A stretch of DNA of 63,657 nt, filler included, from Octopus bimaculoides (taxonomy: Eukaryota): NCBI RefSeq assembly GCF_001194135.2. It is 4 parts of 4 records of this genome, joined end to end, with 100 filler letters (N's around TTAATTAATTAA, not from the genome) between each part and the next. Parts side by side here need not be neighbours in the genome. Positions count along the whole stretch, not along the records: positions 1 to 26,592 come from NC_068982.1; 3 more parts are not named here. The stretch is one strand, 5' to 3'. The notes under the pieces were generated by a model. That model searched no databases, had not been told where the DNA came from, and saw only the letters and a program-made list of their open reading frames with translations. Shown one piece after another: positions 1-12,827 of the stretch (positions are counted from its first letter, which is position 1; each line of letters starts with the position of its first letter). Made by a program: the position numbers and the translations under genes.

Positions 1-1298
1 GTTAGGTATAGCAAAGCACTAGCCATAGACAGAAACAGAGTAGAGGGTGAGCTAGTTAAGAAGCTAGAAGAGGCAATTAGAAGTGGCATCGCATCCGACG
101 TTTTGGCGGCGAGGTTGGCCCTAGACCAACACTTCAACGTCAAACACGAAGGGTGCGTTGTCAGGGCTAGGATGCGTGCTCTAAGAACGAAGGTGTTGGA
201 GCCGCGCGAGAGGCCCGAGTGGTGGAGGCGCAACAGGGCAACAAAGCCACCATTCGGTCTCTGGTGGACGAACAGGGGCGCGAACTGCTTGAGTCAAGCA
301 AAATGTGTGAGGCCTTCAGCGGCACTTTGCTCGACTGTTTGGGACGAGTNNNNNNNNNNNNNNNNNNNNNNNNNNNNNNNNNNNNNNNNNNNNNNNNNNN
401 NNNNNNNNNNNNNNNNNNNNNNNNNNNNNNNNNNNNNNNNNNNNNNNNNNNNNNNNNNNNNNNNNNNNNNNNNNNNNNNNNNNNNNNNNNNNNNNNNNNN
501 NNNNNNNNNNNNNNNNNNNNNNNNNNNNNNNNNNNNNNNNNNNNNNNNNNNNNNNNNNNNNNNNNNNNNNNNNNNNNNNNNNNNNNNNNNNNNNNNNNNN
601 NNNNNNNNNNNNNNNNNNNNNNNNNNNNNNNNNNNNNNNNNNNNNNNNNNNNNNNNNNNNNNNNNNNNNNNNNNNNNNNNNNNNNNNNNNNNNNNNNNNN
701 NNNNNNNNNNNNNNNNNNNNNNNNNNNNNNNNNNNNNNNNNNNNNNNNNNNNNNNNNNNNNNNNNNNNNNNNNNNNNNNNNNNNNNNNNNNNNNNNNNNN
801 NNNNNNNNNNNNNNNNNNNNNNNNNNNNNNNNNNNNNNNNNNNNNNNNNNNNNNNNNNNNNNNNNNNNNNNNNNNNNNNNNNNNNNNNNNNNNNNNNNNN
901 NNNNNNNNNNNNNNNNNNNNNNNNNNNNNNNNNNNNNNNNNNNNNNNNNNNNNNNNNNNNNNNNNNNNCTGATGCGCTACATCATAGAGCGGGTAGTTAA
1001 GGAAACTGGCATGGGTGGGGCCCTGATCAATTTAGATCAATCGAAAGCTTTCGATAGGGTAGACCATCAATACTTGGACGCTGTCCTCATAGCGGCCGGC
1101 TTCGGTCCCATTTTCCGCGGCTGCATGGCTGCCTTGTACAGAGGTATCCGTTCGGTAGTTCGCGTCAATGGGCATTTTTCAAGACCCTTCGACATTGCAC
1201 GTTCGGTCCGTCAGGGATGCCCCCTCTCGTCGCTTCTGTACGTGTTGACTCTCGAGCCACTACTGCGGAAGCTGGCGACGCTGAGAATAAAGGCGTGA
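1..1298 (+). mobile_element. L1/Tx1-clade non-LTR retrotransposon ORF2 fragment (EN-RT linker and RT), gap 350-968
   Basis: ALINLDQSKAFDRVDHQYL and SVRQGCPLSSLLYVL RT motifs; truncated before the YADD motif; frameshift in the 5' part. Confidence 0.9.
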
Positions 1299-1429
1299 AA
1301 CTCGGGTCATGAGACAAATTGTAAGTTCCAGTTTTTATAAAAATAAAAGCTTATCTTCTACAACATGTATTGAACACTCTTCTCTTGCCTGTCCGATATG
1401 AACCAACGTGCGTACGTAAATATTTATAT

Positions 1430-1632
1430 AGATCAAATTTACAGAAAATAAAAGACGAAGACAGGTGTAGGAACAACATGCAGGCGTATTAGTTTAACGC
1501 TCGGGAAGAATGGAAAAGTCTTTTACGTTTCGAGTCTACGCTCTTCGACAGAAATGAATAAGAGCAAAAAAGGGAGAGAGAATGAAAAAGAACGGAGAGG
1601 GAAACAAAATGTGTAGGGATTAACGGTTCAAC
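1430..1632 (-). repeat. ~190-bp TA-flanked interspersed repeat, family A copy 1 (carries hammerhead-like motif)
   Basis: Reverse complement aligns by eye with 4321-4503 and 12700-12827 (shared gagcgtt, cacctgtcttcgtc and the hammerhead-like core). Confidence 0.8.
1520..1555 (-). ncRNA. Minimal type-I hammerhead-like motif (degenerate)
   Basis: AUUU-CUGUCGA-A-GAGC-GUAG-ACUC-GAAAC-GUA-AAAG; U at the normally conserved A6 position; one mismatch each in stems I and II. Confidence 0.5.
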
Positions 1633-1655
1633 ATATATATACGTATGTGTGTGCA

Positions 1656-1676
1656 TGTATTTAAACGTACGTATTA

Positions 1677-1719
<43 letters not shown>

Positions 1720-1761
1720 TTATCTAGTTCCCCTCTCTCTCTTTCTCTCTCTCTCTCTCTG

Positions 1762-1810
<49 letters not shown>
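1656..1810. repeat. Compound microsatellite (TATC)n(CT)n(CA)n
   Basis: Direct inspection. Confidence 0.95.
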
Positions 1811-1814
<4 letters not shown>

Positions 1815-2507
1815 TTATACATATATCAACGCTATTGTCATATGAACGAAAACTGGGTTTCTGGATATATTTGTGCAAAATTTATGAGAATAGCATTTAA
1901 GTTTCCTTCAGGTTTATTGAATTAGAATAATGCATTACAATTAAAAGATGTCAACTGTTTACCCAATCGATGTATATAGACTGAATAACATGGATATAGC
2001 AGCAGTCTAATTTCTCCGTTCTGTGTATGCACAGAGAATGTTTAATAAACGAAAATCCTCCTAATGCACGAACGAATTTTGAAGGACAGTGCTTAAGAAT
2101 GCTTAAGGATGCTTAACGTATAGCCAATGAGAAATACACTCAACTTGCCGTCAGGTCAGCTTGTTATATGCAACATTCTCTCATAATGGAAAACAAATCC
2201 GGAGTAAACCAGGTTGGTTTCTAATTTATTAATTTTAATTTAATTTAATCGAAAACCTAAGGACCAGTTTTAATCAATAAGAATGTAGAATTAAATCATT
2301 GTAAGTAGATAAAATAAAGTTGGCGGAAATATGTGAATAGTTTTGTTTTAATTCTGTTTTATAAAAGATGTATTTTTGTTTTATAAATTAAAGTTGTAGA
2401 TTAATAAGGAAGATTTTAAGCTCTACTTAAGAAAATTGTATATATTAAATATATGGAATGTGCATATAGAAATATACACATTCCAGGATAGTCAGGATAT
2501 TAACATG

Positions 2508-2547
<40 letters not shown>

Positions 2548-2754
2548 CTGGGGATATGTGAAGAATTCAGAAGACAGGTCATCCAGTAATAAGTAATTTA
2601 ATATACTGGACACGCGCACTCACCACCCCCACACACGTACACACATACGCACACACAATATACATGTATAGATAGATAGATACATACATACACAAACATT
2701 CCATGGCTTCTATCATCTGTACGATATATGTGTGTATATACGTCTGTCTGTCTG

Positions 2755-2768
2755 CTTGTCTGTGTCTG

Positions 2769-2832
<64 letters not shown>

Positions 2833-2833
2833 C

Positions 2834-2930
<97 letters not shown>
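2755..2930. repeat. (TATC)n microsatellite
   Basis: Direct inspection. Confidence 0.95.
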
Positions 2931-3414
2931 CATCTAGGCAACTGAAAGTATATCAAATACCAAACCACGTACATTCCTAATTTATTTAAATTATCTTTGC
3001 CTCTAGAGAACGTGCCCTGACTAACAAATGGTAATTAAAACCAGTTCCATATGAGGAGCGTAGATAGTCTAAAGAATTCTATAAAGTTGACATGTCATTA
3101 AGGAAAAATAAGTTTATTGTCTGGAGATGAGTACAGCTGTGTACATATGTTTCTACCTTAATAAACGTTATCTGCACGGTTGTTATCCGACCTTATAATC
3201 AAATAGGCCAGGTTTTAGCCTTATGCAAAAAAGAGCAGAACATCTTTATAGCCTAGATAACTTGCATAATTTACTAATTTATGCAAAAACCAGATTAGAG
3301 AAATAACTCAGAGTGACCAATAGCTTGTATGCAAACAACAAACAATTAATCAATGAAGGGCCGTAACTTAGTCTTGAATCATTTCTTAATTAAAAAACAA
3401 ACTAACGAATAACC

Positions 3415-3520
3415 AAGTTTCCGTCTACCAAATCCATTCACAAGCCTTTGGTCGGCCCGAGACTGTAGTAGAAGGCACTTGACCAAGGTGTCACCCAGTG
3501 GGACTGATCTCGGAACCATA
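3415..3520 (-). mobile_element. CORE-like SINE 5' half fragment
   Basis: ttccgtctaccaaatcc..cacaagcctttggtcggcccgag matches 8160-8260. Confidence 0.7.
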
Positions 3521-3747
3521 TATATTTTTTGTGGTTATTTCTTTTAATGCTAGAAAGTATATCTTTCAAGGAATGGAAATCGACTTTCGTTAACTATTGC
3601 AAAAGTTTTATATACTATAATTATTTTGTCTAACTCAAAAATTTATCAACAATTGAAAAATTTTTTTAAATACAGGTTATAATTCTGGTATGCAAATCTA
3701 AGTATTAATTATCGCATTAATCATTATCGCGTTATATATATTGTAGC

Positions 3748-3908
3748 GTGTCAAAATATTTTCGCCGCTTTGAAGCCGTGACCTGTTCACTGACAAAACG
3801 CCGCTTTGAAACCTCGAACTATTATTCACTGACAAAATTTGGTGATGCAGCACCAAGTTTCATCAGTGAACAGGTAGCGGTTTCAAAGCGACGAAAATAT
3901 TTTGACAC
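3748..3908. mobile_element. MITE-like foldback element
   Basis: ~46-bp imperfect terminal inverted repeats (gtgtcaaaatattttcgccgctttgaa... / ...ttcaaagcgacgaaaatattttgacac) with a near-palindromic centre; no clear TSD. Confidence 0.7.
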
Positions 3909-4320
3909 AAATGAAAATTAAATGCTGTAGTGAAACTAAAGGTTTTTGTGTGTTCTTGAATGGCTTGCAAATGTCTTCCACGCTGCAATTGGTTTTTGTT
4001 TCAGCACACGATCCCAGATCAAATTACTTGCTATGCAAGTACATCTGCGTAATATATATATTACTATTATTACAATTATTGTTATTAAATAATAGATTAG
4101 ACATGCTCTCTAAGAATCATTAAATATCTTTTAAATATCATTATTAAATAGAAAATTAGATATATTTGTAAATATCTGAGTAGGGAAATACATTACTGTA
4201 TTATAGATATTACGATGTAACATATCTAATTTTTAGCAATGTATACATATAAATACCTATATGTGTGTGTATACTAAATGGTCGTTTCTAGATAGACGCA
4301 TATAATATATATATCACCAT

Positions 4321-4500
4321 GATTGACCGCTAACCACTAAAGCATTTTATATTCTCTCTCTGTTTATTTTCTCGTGTTCCTTTCTGTTGAAGAGCGTAAG
4401 CTCGAAACGTAAAAGTTTTTCGCACCTTTCAGAGCGTTAAACCAATACACCTTTTTGTTGTTTACACACCTGTCTTCGTCATTTTTTTTTGGAAATTCCA

Positions 4501-4503
<3 letters not shown>
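4321..4503 (+). repeat. Family A repeat, copy 2
   Basis: Collinear with copies 1 and 3; bounded by (TA)n on both sides. Confidence 0.8.
4380..4415 (+). ncRNA. Minimal type-I hammerhead-like motif (best family A copy)
   Basis: Stem I CUUU/AAAG, core CUGUUGA + extra A, stem II GAGC-GUAA-GCUC, then GAAAC-GUA with a predicted cleavage site after 4411. Only A6->U departs from the canonical core. Confidence 0.6.
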
Positions 4504-4539
<36 letters not shown>

Positions 4540-5365
4540 TGAGGGTGATAAATTGAATATTATAAAGAATCTTTCATTTGATATTATTTCAAGTAATAGA
4601 AATAAAGGATATTTTTCCTGAATATACAGAAGTCTAACATGTCGTATTTCAAACATTTAATATATATATATATGTTAGATTAATTTATTTAATTTAATTT
4701 TATTGAGTTGCATTACAAAATAGAAGGAATTTATTATAAATAAATAGCATAACCATTAACATTTATACAAATTGATTTGTCTTTAAATTAACTTCTAATA
4801 GAAATTTAATCGAATTAACAGGACTATAAAATATTTCGTTCGTATTTTCTTTAAGCAAACATGACTCAATGACGTAATACACATAATACATATCAGGTGG
4901 AAATGTAATACGCAAATTCTCAGTATATAAATAAGTAATCTAAATGTTATGAATTCTAAATTTTTTTAATACTTTCTATTATAATATAAAATACAGATTA
5001 TTATTTTATTTTTACTTTATTTAATTCTCTTTTTTCCATTCGGTTATCTCTTTTGAACAGATCTAGAATTATTTACAGCTATATATAACTTAAGTATATT
5101 TAACAAAGGCTTAAACACACACACGCACGCATATATATATATAGGAAAATATATATGCTAATTGTATAAAGGTCTACGTGTATTCTTATTTTCGTTTCTT
5201 TTTGTTTTAGTCATTTGACTGCGTCCATGCAGATGAGATTTGAGGCCGGCCAAAGACAAGCATGGTCTGTCACAGACTGTGCACACAAAAGGTAATTTTC
5301 ATTCACCTTCTCGATCGTTACATTCTTCCTTACATCTCTTTTGAGTCTTACCTGTGTTACTTGCG

Positions 5366-5396
<31 letters not shown>

Positions 5397-6058
5397 CATA
5401 CATAGTGCATACATATATCTATATGTAAGTGTGTATGTATATGTATGCATGCGGGTCTCTGTATTCAAATACGCAATCTAGAAAACACAGCACGACTACC
5501 AAATGTGGAATTCCAGGCAACCTTTGCTAACTCAGTATAAAAATACCATGGCTTTACATATTCACCGCAACACAGCTGTCGTGGACATCCATACTCTTTA
5601 TACAAAGATGTTTACTTCAAGTAGACAATATTTTAAAATACCAAAATTTAATCTAAACATGTGAATTGAACTAACATTTCTTTCGTCAACCATCTCGCCT
5701 CTTTTCCATACTAGTTCGAGTGAAGAATTTCTAAGCTTTATGTTAAAGGTTACTTGTTATGCTGAGCATGATTACGAATAATTCCCCATTTTATATTTCC
5801 ATTAGTACTATAATCTCAACATCAGCACACCAACACAGATATTCTTCCTTGTTAATGAAATATCTGCCTGTCAAATTTTGTTTGCAAATCCGTGATTCTG
5901 CCTGCTATGAATGCTAAAGCTTTTAGCAAAGTGATTCTGTCATATTTGTTTAGTTTCTTAATATCTGCTGATTTTCATTGTCATTTTTGTGCGTTTCCTG
6001 GTAGATTGCTCAGTTATATACTAGCTATTATCAAAATTAATAATATTTTTTTATTGCA

Positions 6059-6127
<69 letters not shown>

Positions 6128-6412
6128 TAGTTTTATTTTTTATAACGTACTTTCACTTCACTACCGAGCGCAGCTCTGTGCGCCTTGGGTATGTGCTGTG
6201 GCTTGCTGTGGTGCTCTTATGGTTACTGTATTGAAAGTGTTTTGCGTAGGATGTATGCAGTACCCAGTAGTGCAATTTTCTGTATGTTATATATATTTGT
6301 AAGTCCTGGTGTTTTTGTTATGTATTTGTCTGAATATTTTTTTTATTATACCTAAGGCACCTACTATGATAGGAATTGTTTCTGTTTTTAGCTTCCACAT
6401 TCGAGTTACCTC

Positions 6413-6479
<67 letters not shown>

Positions 6480-6495
6480 CATTTTCATAATTTCA

Positions 6496-6679
6496 GGTGG
6501 CGAGCTGGCAGAAACATTAGCGCGCCAGGTGAAATGCTTAGAGGTATTTCGTCCACCGCTACATTCTGAGGTCAAATTCCGCCAAGTCGATTAATTAAGT
6601 ACCAGTAAAACACTGGGGTCGATGTAATCGATTAGTCCCTTACCCCAAAATTTCAAGCCTTGTGTCTATAATAGAAAGG

Positions 6680-6732
<53 letters not shown>

Positions 6733-6955
6733 CATAATTTCAGACGGCGAGCTGGCAGAAAGGTTAGCACGCCGGTTGTAATTCTTAGCGGTATTTCATC
6801 TGTCTTTCCATTCTGAGTTCAAATTCTGCCGAGGTGATCTTTGCCTTTCATCCTTTCGGGGTCGATAAATTAAGTACCAGTTGCGTATTGGAGTCGATGT
6901 AATCGCCTTGTCTCCTCTCCCAAAATTTCAGGCCTTATGCCTTTAGTAGAAAGAA
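6496..6955 (+). mobile_element. Two tandem tRNA-derived SINEs with Nin/Deu-like central domain, separated by (ATT)n
   Basis: Head ggcgagctggcagaa...gagttcaaatt (pol III A/B boxes); body gcctttcatcctttcggggtcgataaattaagtacc in the second copy. Confidence 0.85.
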
Positions 6956-7879
6956 TCATTATTGTTATTGAGAGAGGGCCCAGTGACAATGGGGTAAAAT
7001 ATACGAAGCCCATTATACCCATCATGATTACCCGCCTGATAAGGGTACAACAGGCACACGCACCACAAGCATATGTGCGCGACATCATGATCTCATTTCA
7101 AGATAAACAACGCATGACCTTCCAGGTGGGGCCCAGTTAGAATTGTTTTAGGTCGAGTAGCCCATCCCACTCAAAAGGTCCCGGAATAAGGGTTGTTTAA
7201 GGCTGATGAATGAAACACATATGACTCCCGAGGTGAATTATCAAGACCCCAAAGAAATCCTCTCAGCACATCGCTATGATGTTCCTCCACTACTTCTACT
7301 TATGATCAGAGATGCACATGTCGTCTGCCACCAAAGATCATGCTGAACTGGTTAAGGTCAAACAACTGACAAGCAAGTCTGTGTTATTGAGCAGAATATT
7401 GCAGCAGCCCATCTTTTTATACCAAAACAAAACAATGCACATGATAACACTTCCAATCAGTTGATATCAGAAGCCATCAGAGCCTGAGCCTTGTACTAAA
7501 TCAGGCATTTATTATTATTATTATTATTATCACGTCTTAAGTCTATTCGAGAAAGAATTATTATTATAATTACGATGCTTCAATTGAAGAACCACAGACC
7601 ATGTGGGATGCTGTCTAATAGAAAAAGAAACAACAAATTGAAAAGAAAACGTACCCACAGTTGACAACGCAGACATTAAAAATGAACCAATAACAACTAC
7701 ATTAGTATGGTAAAAACAACAAAATGCAATAAGAAAGACTGCATTACTTTTAATTAATTTGGGTCTTGTGTGACCCCGACATCGAGGCTGAAGATACACG
7801 GTGCAAGATAATTCATAGAATGACAATTTTCATTCAGTGGTCCGAGACGAAGTTGTAAGACGAGTCGTTTCACTTCCTA

Positions 7880-8108
7880 ATATCACTTATTCTATCGGTC
7901 TTTTTTGTCGAACCGCTAGTTTAAGGGGACCTAAACACACCAGCATCGGTTGTCAAGCGATGTTGTGGGGTTACAAACACACACATAATCATACACACAC
8001 ACATACACAATACACACACACATACACAATACACACACACATATATATACATACGCATACATATACACACACATACATATACACACACACACATACATAC
8101 ATACATAC

Positions 8109-8144
<36 letters not shown>

Positions 8145-8310
8145 GACGGGCTTCTTTCAGTTTCCGTCTACCAAATCCACTCACAAGGCTTTGCATGGCC
8201 CGAGGCTATAGTAGAAGACACCTGCCCAAGGTGCCACGCAGTGGGACTGAACCTGGAACCGTGTGGTTGTGAAGCAAGCTACTTGCCACACAGCCACTTC
8301 TGCGCATGTA
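7880..8310 (-). mobile_element. Composite SINE: tRNA/CORE-like 5' half, internal microsatellite, second conserved half
   Basis: 5' half (caccttgggca.gtgtctt, CORE-like) at 8140-8310, TA/CA repeats at 7975-8140, second half at 7880-7975; same layout on + strand at 51655-51950. Confidence 0.75.
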
Positions 8311-9512
8311 TAGAAGTGTGTTTTCCGGTTTGTCTTTGTTCCCCACCACCGTTTGACAACCGGTGTTTTATTTGTTTACGTCTCCGAAAAATAGAGGTAC
8401 GACCAAAGGTTGATAAAATAAGCACCAGTCATTACAAATAAGCACTGGGGGAATTGTTCGACTAAACCCTTGAAGATGGTGTCCCAGCATGACCGCAGTC
8501 CATTCACCGAAAAATTAAAAGACGAAAAGTAAATGTTCTTCATTTTTAAGATTTTAAGATATAAATGGTGGAGATATTCACTTGCACTAGACCAAAGCAT
8601 TAAAAAAATATTCAATGGCCAAATAAAAAGGAAACATGTTTTTGTTTGAGAATGGACAGAAATATTAACCGGGGTCAGAAGTAGAAAGAAGAAAACAGAT
8701 AATGTGGCAGGATTCGCCTTTTCCAAAGATATTAGCACCGTCATCAAAATTAAACTAGAATCTGAAACCGGATTGCAGCGCCGGATCGCCTCAAGAGGTG
8801 TCCCACTCTCCGCCATTCTCTTCAAACACTAACGTAGATTAGACGACTGCCACGTTGTTGTTGCAGGGTTTATAATTTTCTCGTTTCTTTGAGATACATG
8901 TTGTGTCAAAGATGAGCGGACTCACCGTTTTATCTCCTCTTCTATTGACATAGATAAAATAATAANNNNNNNNNNNNNNNNNNNNNNNNNNNNNNNNNNN
9001 NNNNNNNNNNNNNNNNNNNNNNNNNNNNNNNNNNNNNNNNNNNNNNNNNNNNNNNNNNNNNNNNNNNNNNNNNNNNNNNNNNNNNNNNNNNNNNNNNNNN
9101 NNNNNNNNNNNNNNNNNNNNNNNNNNNNNNNNNNNNNNNNNNNNNNNNNNNNNATACACATATATATATGTATTTATATATATACATATATATACATATA
9201 TACATATATATATATCTGTTTATATATATATATATATATATGTATGTATGCATGCATATATATATATATATATACATATATACATATACACACACATACG
9301 CACACAAATAGGCATGCACCCACACATATATACACATATATACACACTACAGAGACACATATGTATACCTTGCCGGGACAAACGTTTGATCATGTCATGT
9401 GGTATCATGTGTCTGCGCCAGATAACATCTTAGAGCGCAGATTTTCAGCAACAAAAGCGTCATTGTTTGGCTATAAAACAACATACTTTTCAGCGATAAG
9501 TAGTCTGCATCG

Positions 9513-9592
<80 letters not shown>

Positions 9593-9862
9593 NNNNNNNN
9601 NNNNNNNNNNNNNNNNNNNNNNNNNNNNNNNNNNNNNNNNNNNNNNNNNNNNNNNNNNNNNNNNNNNNNNNNNNNNNNNNNNNNNNNNNNNNNNNNNNNN
9701 NNNNNNNNNNNNNNNNNNNNNNNNNNNNNNNNNNNNNNNNNNNNNNNNNNNNNNNNNNNNNNNNNNNNNNNNNNNNNNNNNNNNNNNNNNNNNNNNNNNN
9801 NNNNNNNNNNNNNNNNNNNNNNNNNNNNNNNNNNNNNNNNNNNNNNNNNNNNNNNNNNNNNN

Positions 9863-9907
<45 letters not shown>

Positions 9908-10344
9908 TTATGTGTGTGTATATATATACATATATATAGATATAGATTTACATATAAAGATACATATACATATATATAAATACACATGTACATATCTATC
10001 TATCTCTCTCTATATATACATAGACATACGTTCGCACATACACACACACTCACACACACACACATGCATGTCTATGTGATTTAGATGCTAGACTCCATAC
10101 ATACCTGTACATAAATCGCTGTACACCTGCCTATATTTCAATGCCTGTGTTTGCATACCTCAGCTATATATTTACAACGCTTTTCTGAATATCGATTTCT
10201 GATATACGTACAAGACTACACATACAATGAGGTAAGCCTATAATCGATTATATCGACCCGCAGTGCTTGATTGGTATTTGATTTTAATCGACAGATAAAC
10301 CCCATAACGATGAAAGATAAAGCTGATTCTGATGAGAAGCGAAC

Positions 10345-10545
10345 TGAGAACGTATAGTGATAAGACTACCACTGGCGCAGACATGGCTGGGTTGTGAAGA
10401 CCGTTGGTTAGCAACAGGCTTATCGTTTCGGGTTCAATCCCACTGCACAGCACCTTGGAGAAATGTCTTCTGCTATAGTTCCCAGTTGACCAACGCATTT
10501 ATTAATGAATTTGGTAGACAGGTAATGTGGAAGGCTATCATATAC
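10345..10545 (+). mobile_element. CORE-like SINE 5' half
   Basis: gggttcaatcccactgcacagcaccttggagaaatgtctt...gaatttggtagac. Confidence 0.7.
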
Positions 10546-10629
10546 ATACATACATACATACATACATACCTACGTACGTACGTACATACATACATACATA
10601 TATACATTTATATTTTTTATGCGCCTTCT

Positions 10630-10890
10630 TTTAAAACCTAACCAGGCTCATGGGCCCGGTTTCTCGGTTTCTATGGCATATGTGCGTCCCCCCCCCCCAG
10701 CTGGACGGGACGCCAGTCCATCACAGCGTTACTCAAGAAACAAGGAGAAAGAGTGAGAGGAAGTTGGGGCGAAAGAGTACAACAGGGGTCGCCCCTCACC
10801 CCTGCCGGAGCCTCGTGGAGCTTTAGGTGTTTTTACTCAATAAGCACACACAACGCTCGGTCTGGGAATTGAAACTGCGATCCTCCGACT
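10630..10890 (-). mobile_element. Further SINE family with tRNA-like head
   Basis: Reverse complement shares gcgttgtg..tttattgag..aaacacctaaagctc with 57278-57588. Confidence 0.65.
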
Positions 10891-11055
10891 TTCTCATTGT
10901 TTCCTTAGTGAGGTAGTTATGGTTTGGTTCCTCGATAATTTGATCTTTTATATTTTTTATATTTTTTCTTTTCTTTCATCCTTTCGACTCCCTACCACTC
11001 CCAAAAAATTTCAGGCCTTGAGTCTAGAGTAGAAACGAATATACTTGTGCGAAAA

Positions 11056-11290
11056 GGCGGCGAGCTGGCAGAAACGTTAGCATGCCGGGCGAAATGCTTA
11101 ACAGTATTTCGTCTGCCGTTACGTTCTGAGTTCAAATTTCGCCAAGGTCGACTTTGCCTTTCATCCTTTCGGGGTCGATTAAATAAGCACCAATTACGCA
11201 CTGGGGTCGGTGTAATCGACTTAATGCCTTTGTCTGTCCTTGTTTGTCCCCTCTATGTTTAGCCCCCCCCCCGTGGGCAATAAAGAAACG
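11056..11290 (+). mobile_element. Nin/Deu-domain SINE, near full length
   Basis: Complete head, central domain and tail ...gtgggcaataaagaaa. Confidence 0.88.
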
Positions 11291-11539
11291 AATATTTTTT
11301 TCTCTCTTTCCTTCCTGTAAAAACATGCTGTTAATAAAATATGCTTCGTAAAAAAATTAAATAATTAAAATATCAAGTCACTAAAAAATTGTTGGTCTGA
11401 AACTTTCAAGGCGGTGCCCCAGCATGATCGTAGTTCAATGACTGAAACAAGTTAAGGTGCAAGATAAAGAAATATTGATAATTTTTCTCGACTTTGTACT
11501 GATAGAGTCCACCTGCCTTGTACACTTTATATTGGTTTC

Positions 11540-11970
11540 ACATTTTAGCACAAGGCCAGAAATTTCAGGAGTTGGGGTTATGTCGATTACATCGACCCCA
11601 GGGTCCAACTGGTACTTATTTTATCGCCCTCAAAGAGCAAAGTCAATCCTGGCGGTATTTGAACCCACAACAGAAATTGGATGAAATGCTGCTAAGCATT
11701 TTGTACGGCATGCTAACGGTTCTGCTACCTCGCCACATTAAACGTCTTTTTTGTATTCTTTTCTACTCTAGGTACAGGGCCCAAAATTTTTGGGTAGGAG
11801 GCCAGTCAATTAGATTGACCTCAGTACGCAACTGGAACTTAATTTATCGACCCCGAAAGGATAAAAGGCAAAGTCGACCTCGGTGGAATTTGAACTTTGA
11901 GCGTAAAGACAGACGTAATACCGCTAAGCATTTCGCCCAGCGTGCTATCGATTCTGCCAGCTCGCCGCCT
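11540..11970 (-). mobile_element. Two Nin/Deu-domain SINE copies
   Basis: Reverse complements of the same family (ttatcgaccccgaaaggataaaaggcaaagtcgacc...ctgccagctcgccgcc). Confidence 0.85.
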
Positions 11971-12699
11971 CAAACGTTTTCTTTATATTAACTTAGAGAT
12001 AAATGGTGACAGATATTGTAAAAATGTTAGTGTTATTTTTCAAAATTACCAGTGAACCGAAGAGAGAGCAACCACATTGCTACTCAGGTTATTAGAAATA
12101 ATAAACGACTCTCTTTGAAATCACATATTTTAATAAAAAAGGATGTACATATTAGATAATTCCTGCTCTAAATATGATCCCCACCACCGCAAAAAAACCA
12201 GGTGGATGGTCATGGTTAGAATTCCTTTGATCATATATCAGCTGCATCAGAGTTTACTCAGAATTAAACTTCAATAACACCACGAAGACATACACGCAAG
12301 AACGCATACACACACACGCAGAAGTTCAGACACGAACAATTCCATCATACTTCAAGTTAAAAGCTTGTGTGTTTGACTGTATAACTTGTTTATATATATA
12401 TATATTTGAACATATGTAATATGTACACCGCCCCCCCCCCCACACATAAACACATGTATATTAAATATAAATATATATATAATTAAATATTAATAAAAAT
12501 ACTATTATGAATAAATAATCGTGATATAAGTGGCTAGTAAGCATAAAAGCCAAAATGGTAAATTAAAGGATCAAGATAGTAACAGCGTTGCTAGAAATAA
12601 GAGTAAAAAAATACTCAAATATGTCACAATATTACCGAAAATTTAACTTTACATACATGTATGTATGTATGTGTATATACCTTTTTTCTCTCCTTTCTT

Positions 12700-12827
12700 T
12701 TTTCTTTCCTTGTTTTTCTCCTTGTTTCATTCTGTGTTCCTTTCTGAGCAAGAGCGTAGGCTCGAAACGCTAAAGTATCTTTCAATTCCCGAGCGTTATA
12801 CTGATGCATCTATTTGTTTTCTACACC
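12700..12827 (+). repeat. Family A repeat, copy 3 (runs into gap)
   Basis: tgtgttcctttctgagcaagagcgtaggctcgaaacgctaaag...cccgagcgtt matches the other copies. Confidence 0.75.
12740..12775 (+). ncRNA. Minimal hammerhead-like motif (decayed)
   Basis: CUUU-CUGAGCA-A-GAGC-GUAG-GCUC-GAAAC-GCU-AAAG; stems intact, G8 and U16.1 substituted. Confidence 0.45.

Noticed and set aside
7201-7240. CTGATGA at 7203 (also ~10329, 38854, 42585) as further hammerheads
   Set aside because: No stem II followed by GAAAC-NUH and no stem I pairing.
8926-8945. Minus-strand GTGAGT donor with nearby AGs (possible microexon)
   Set aside because: Weak pyrimidine tract, and the candidate lengths (16, 13, 11, 8 nt) are not frame-preserving.
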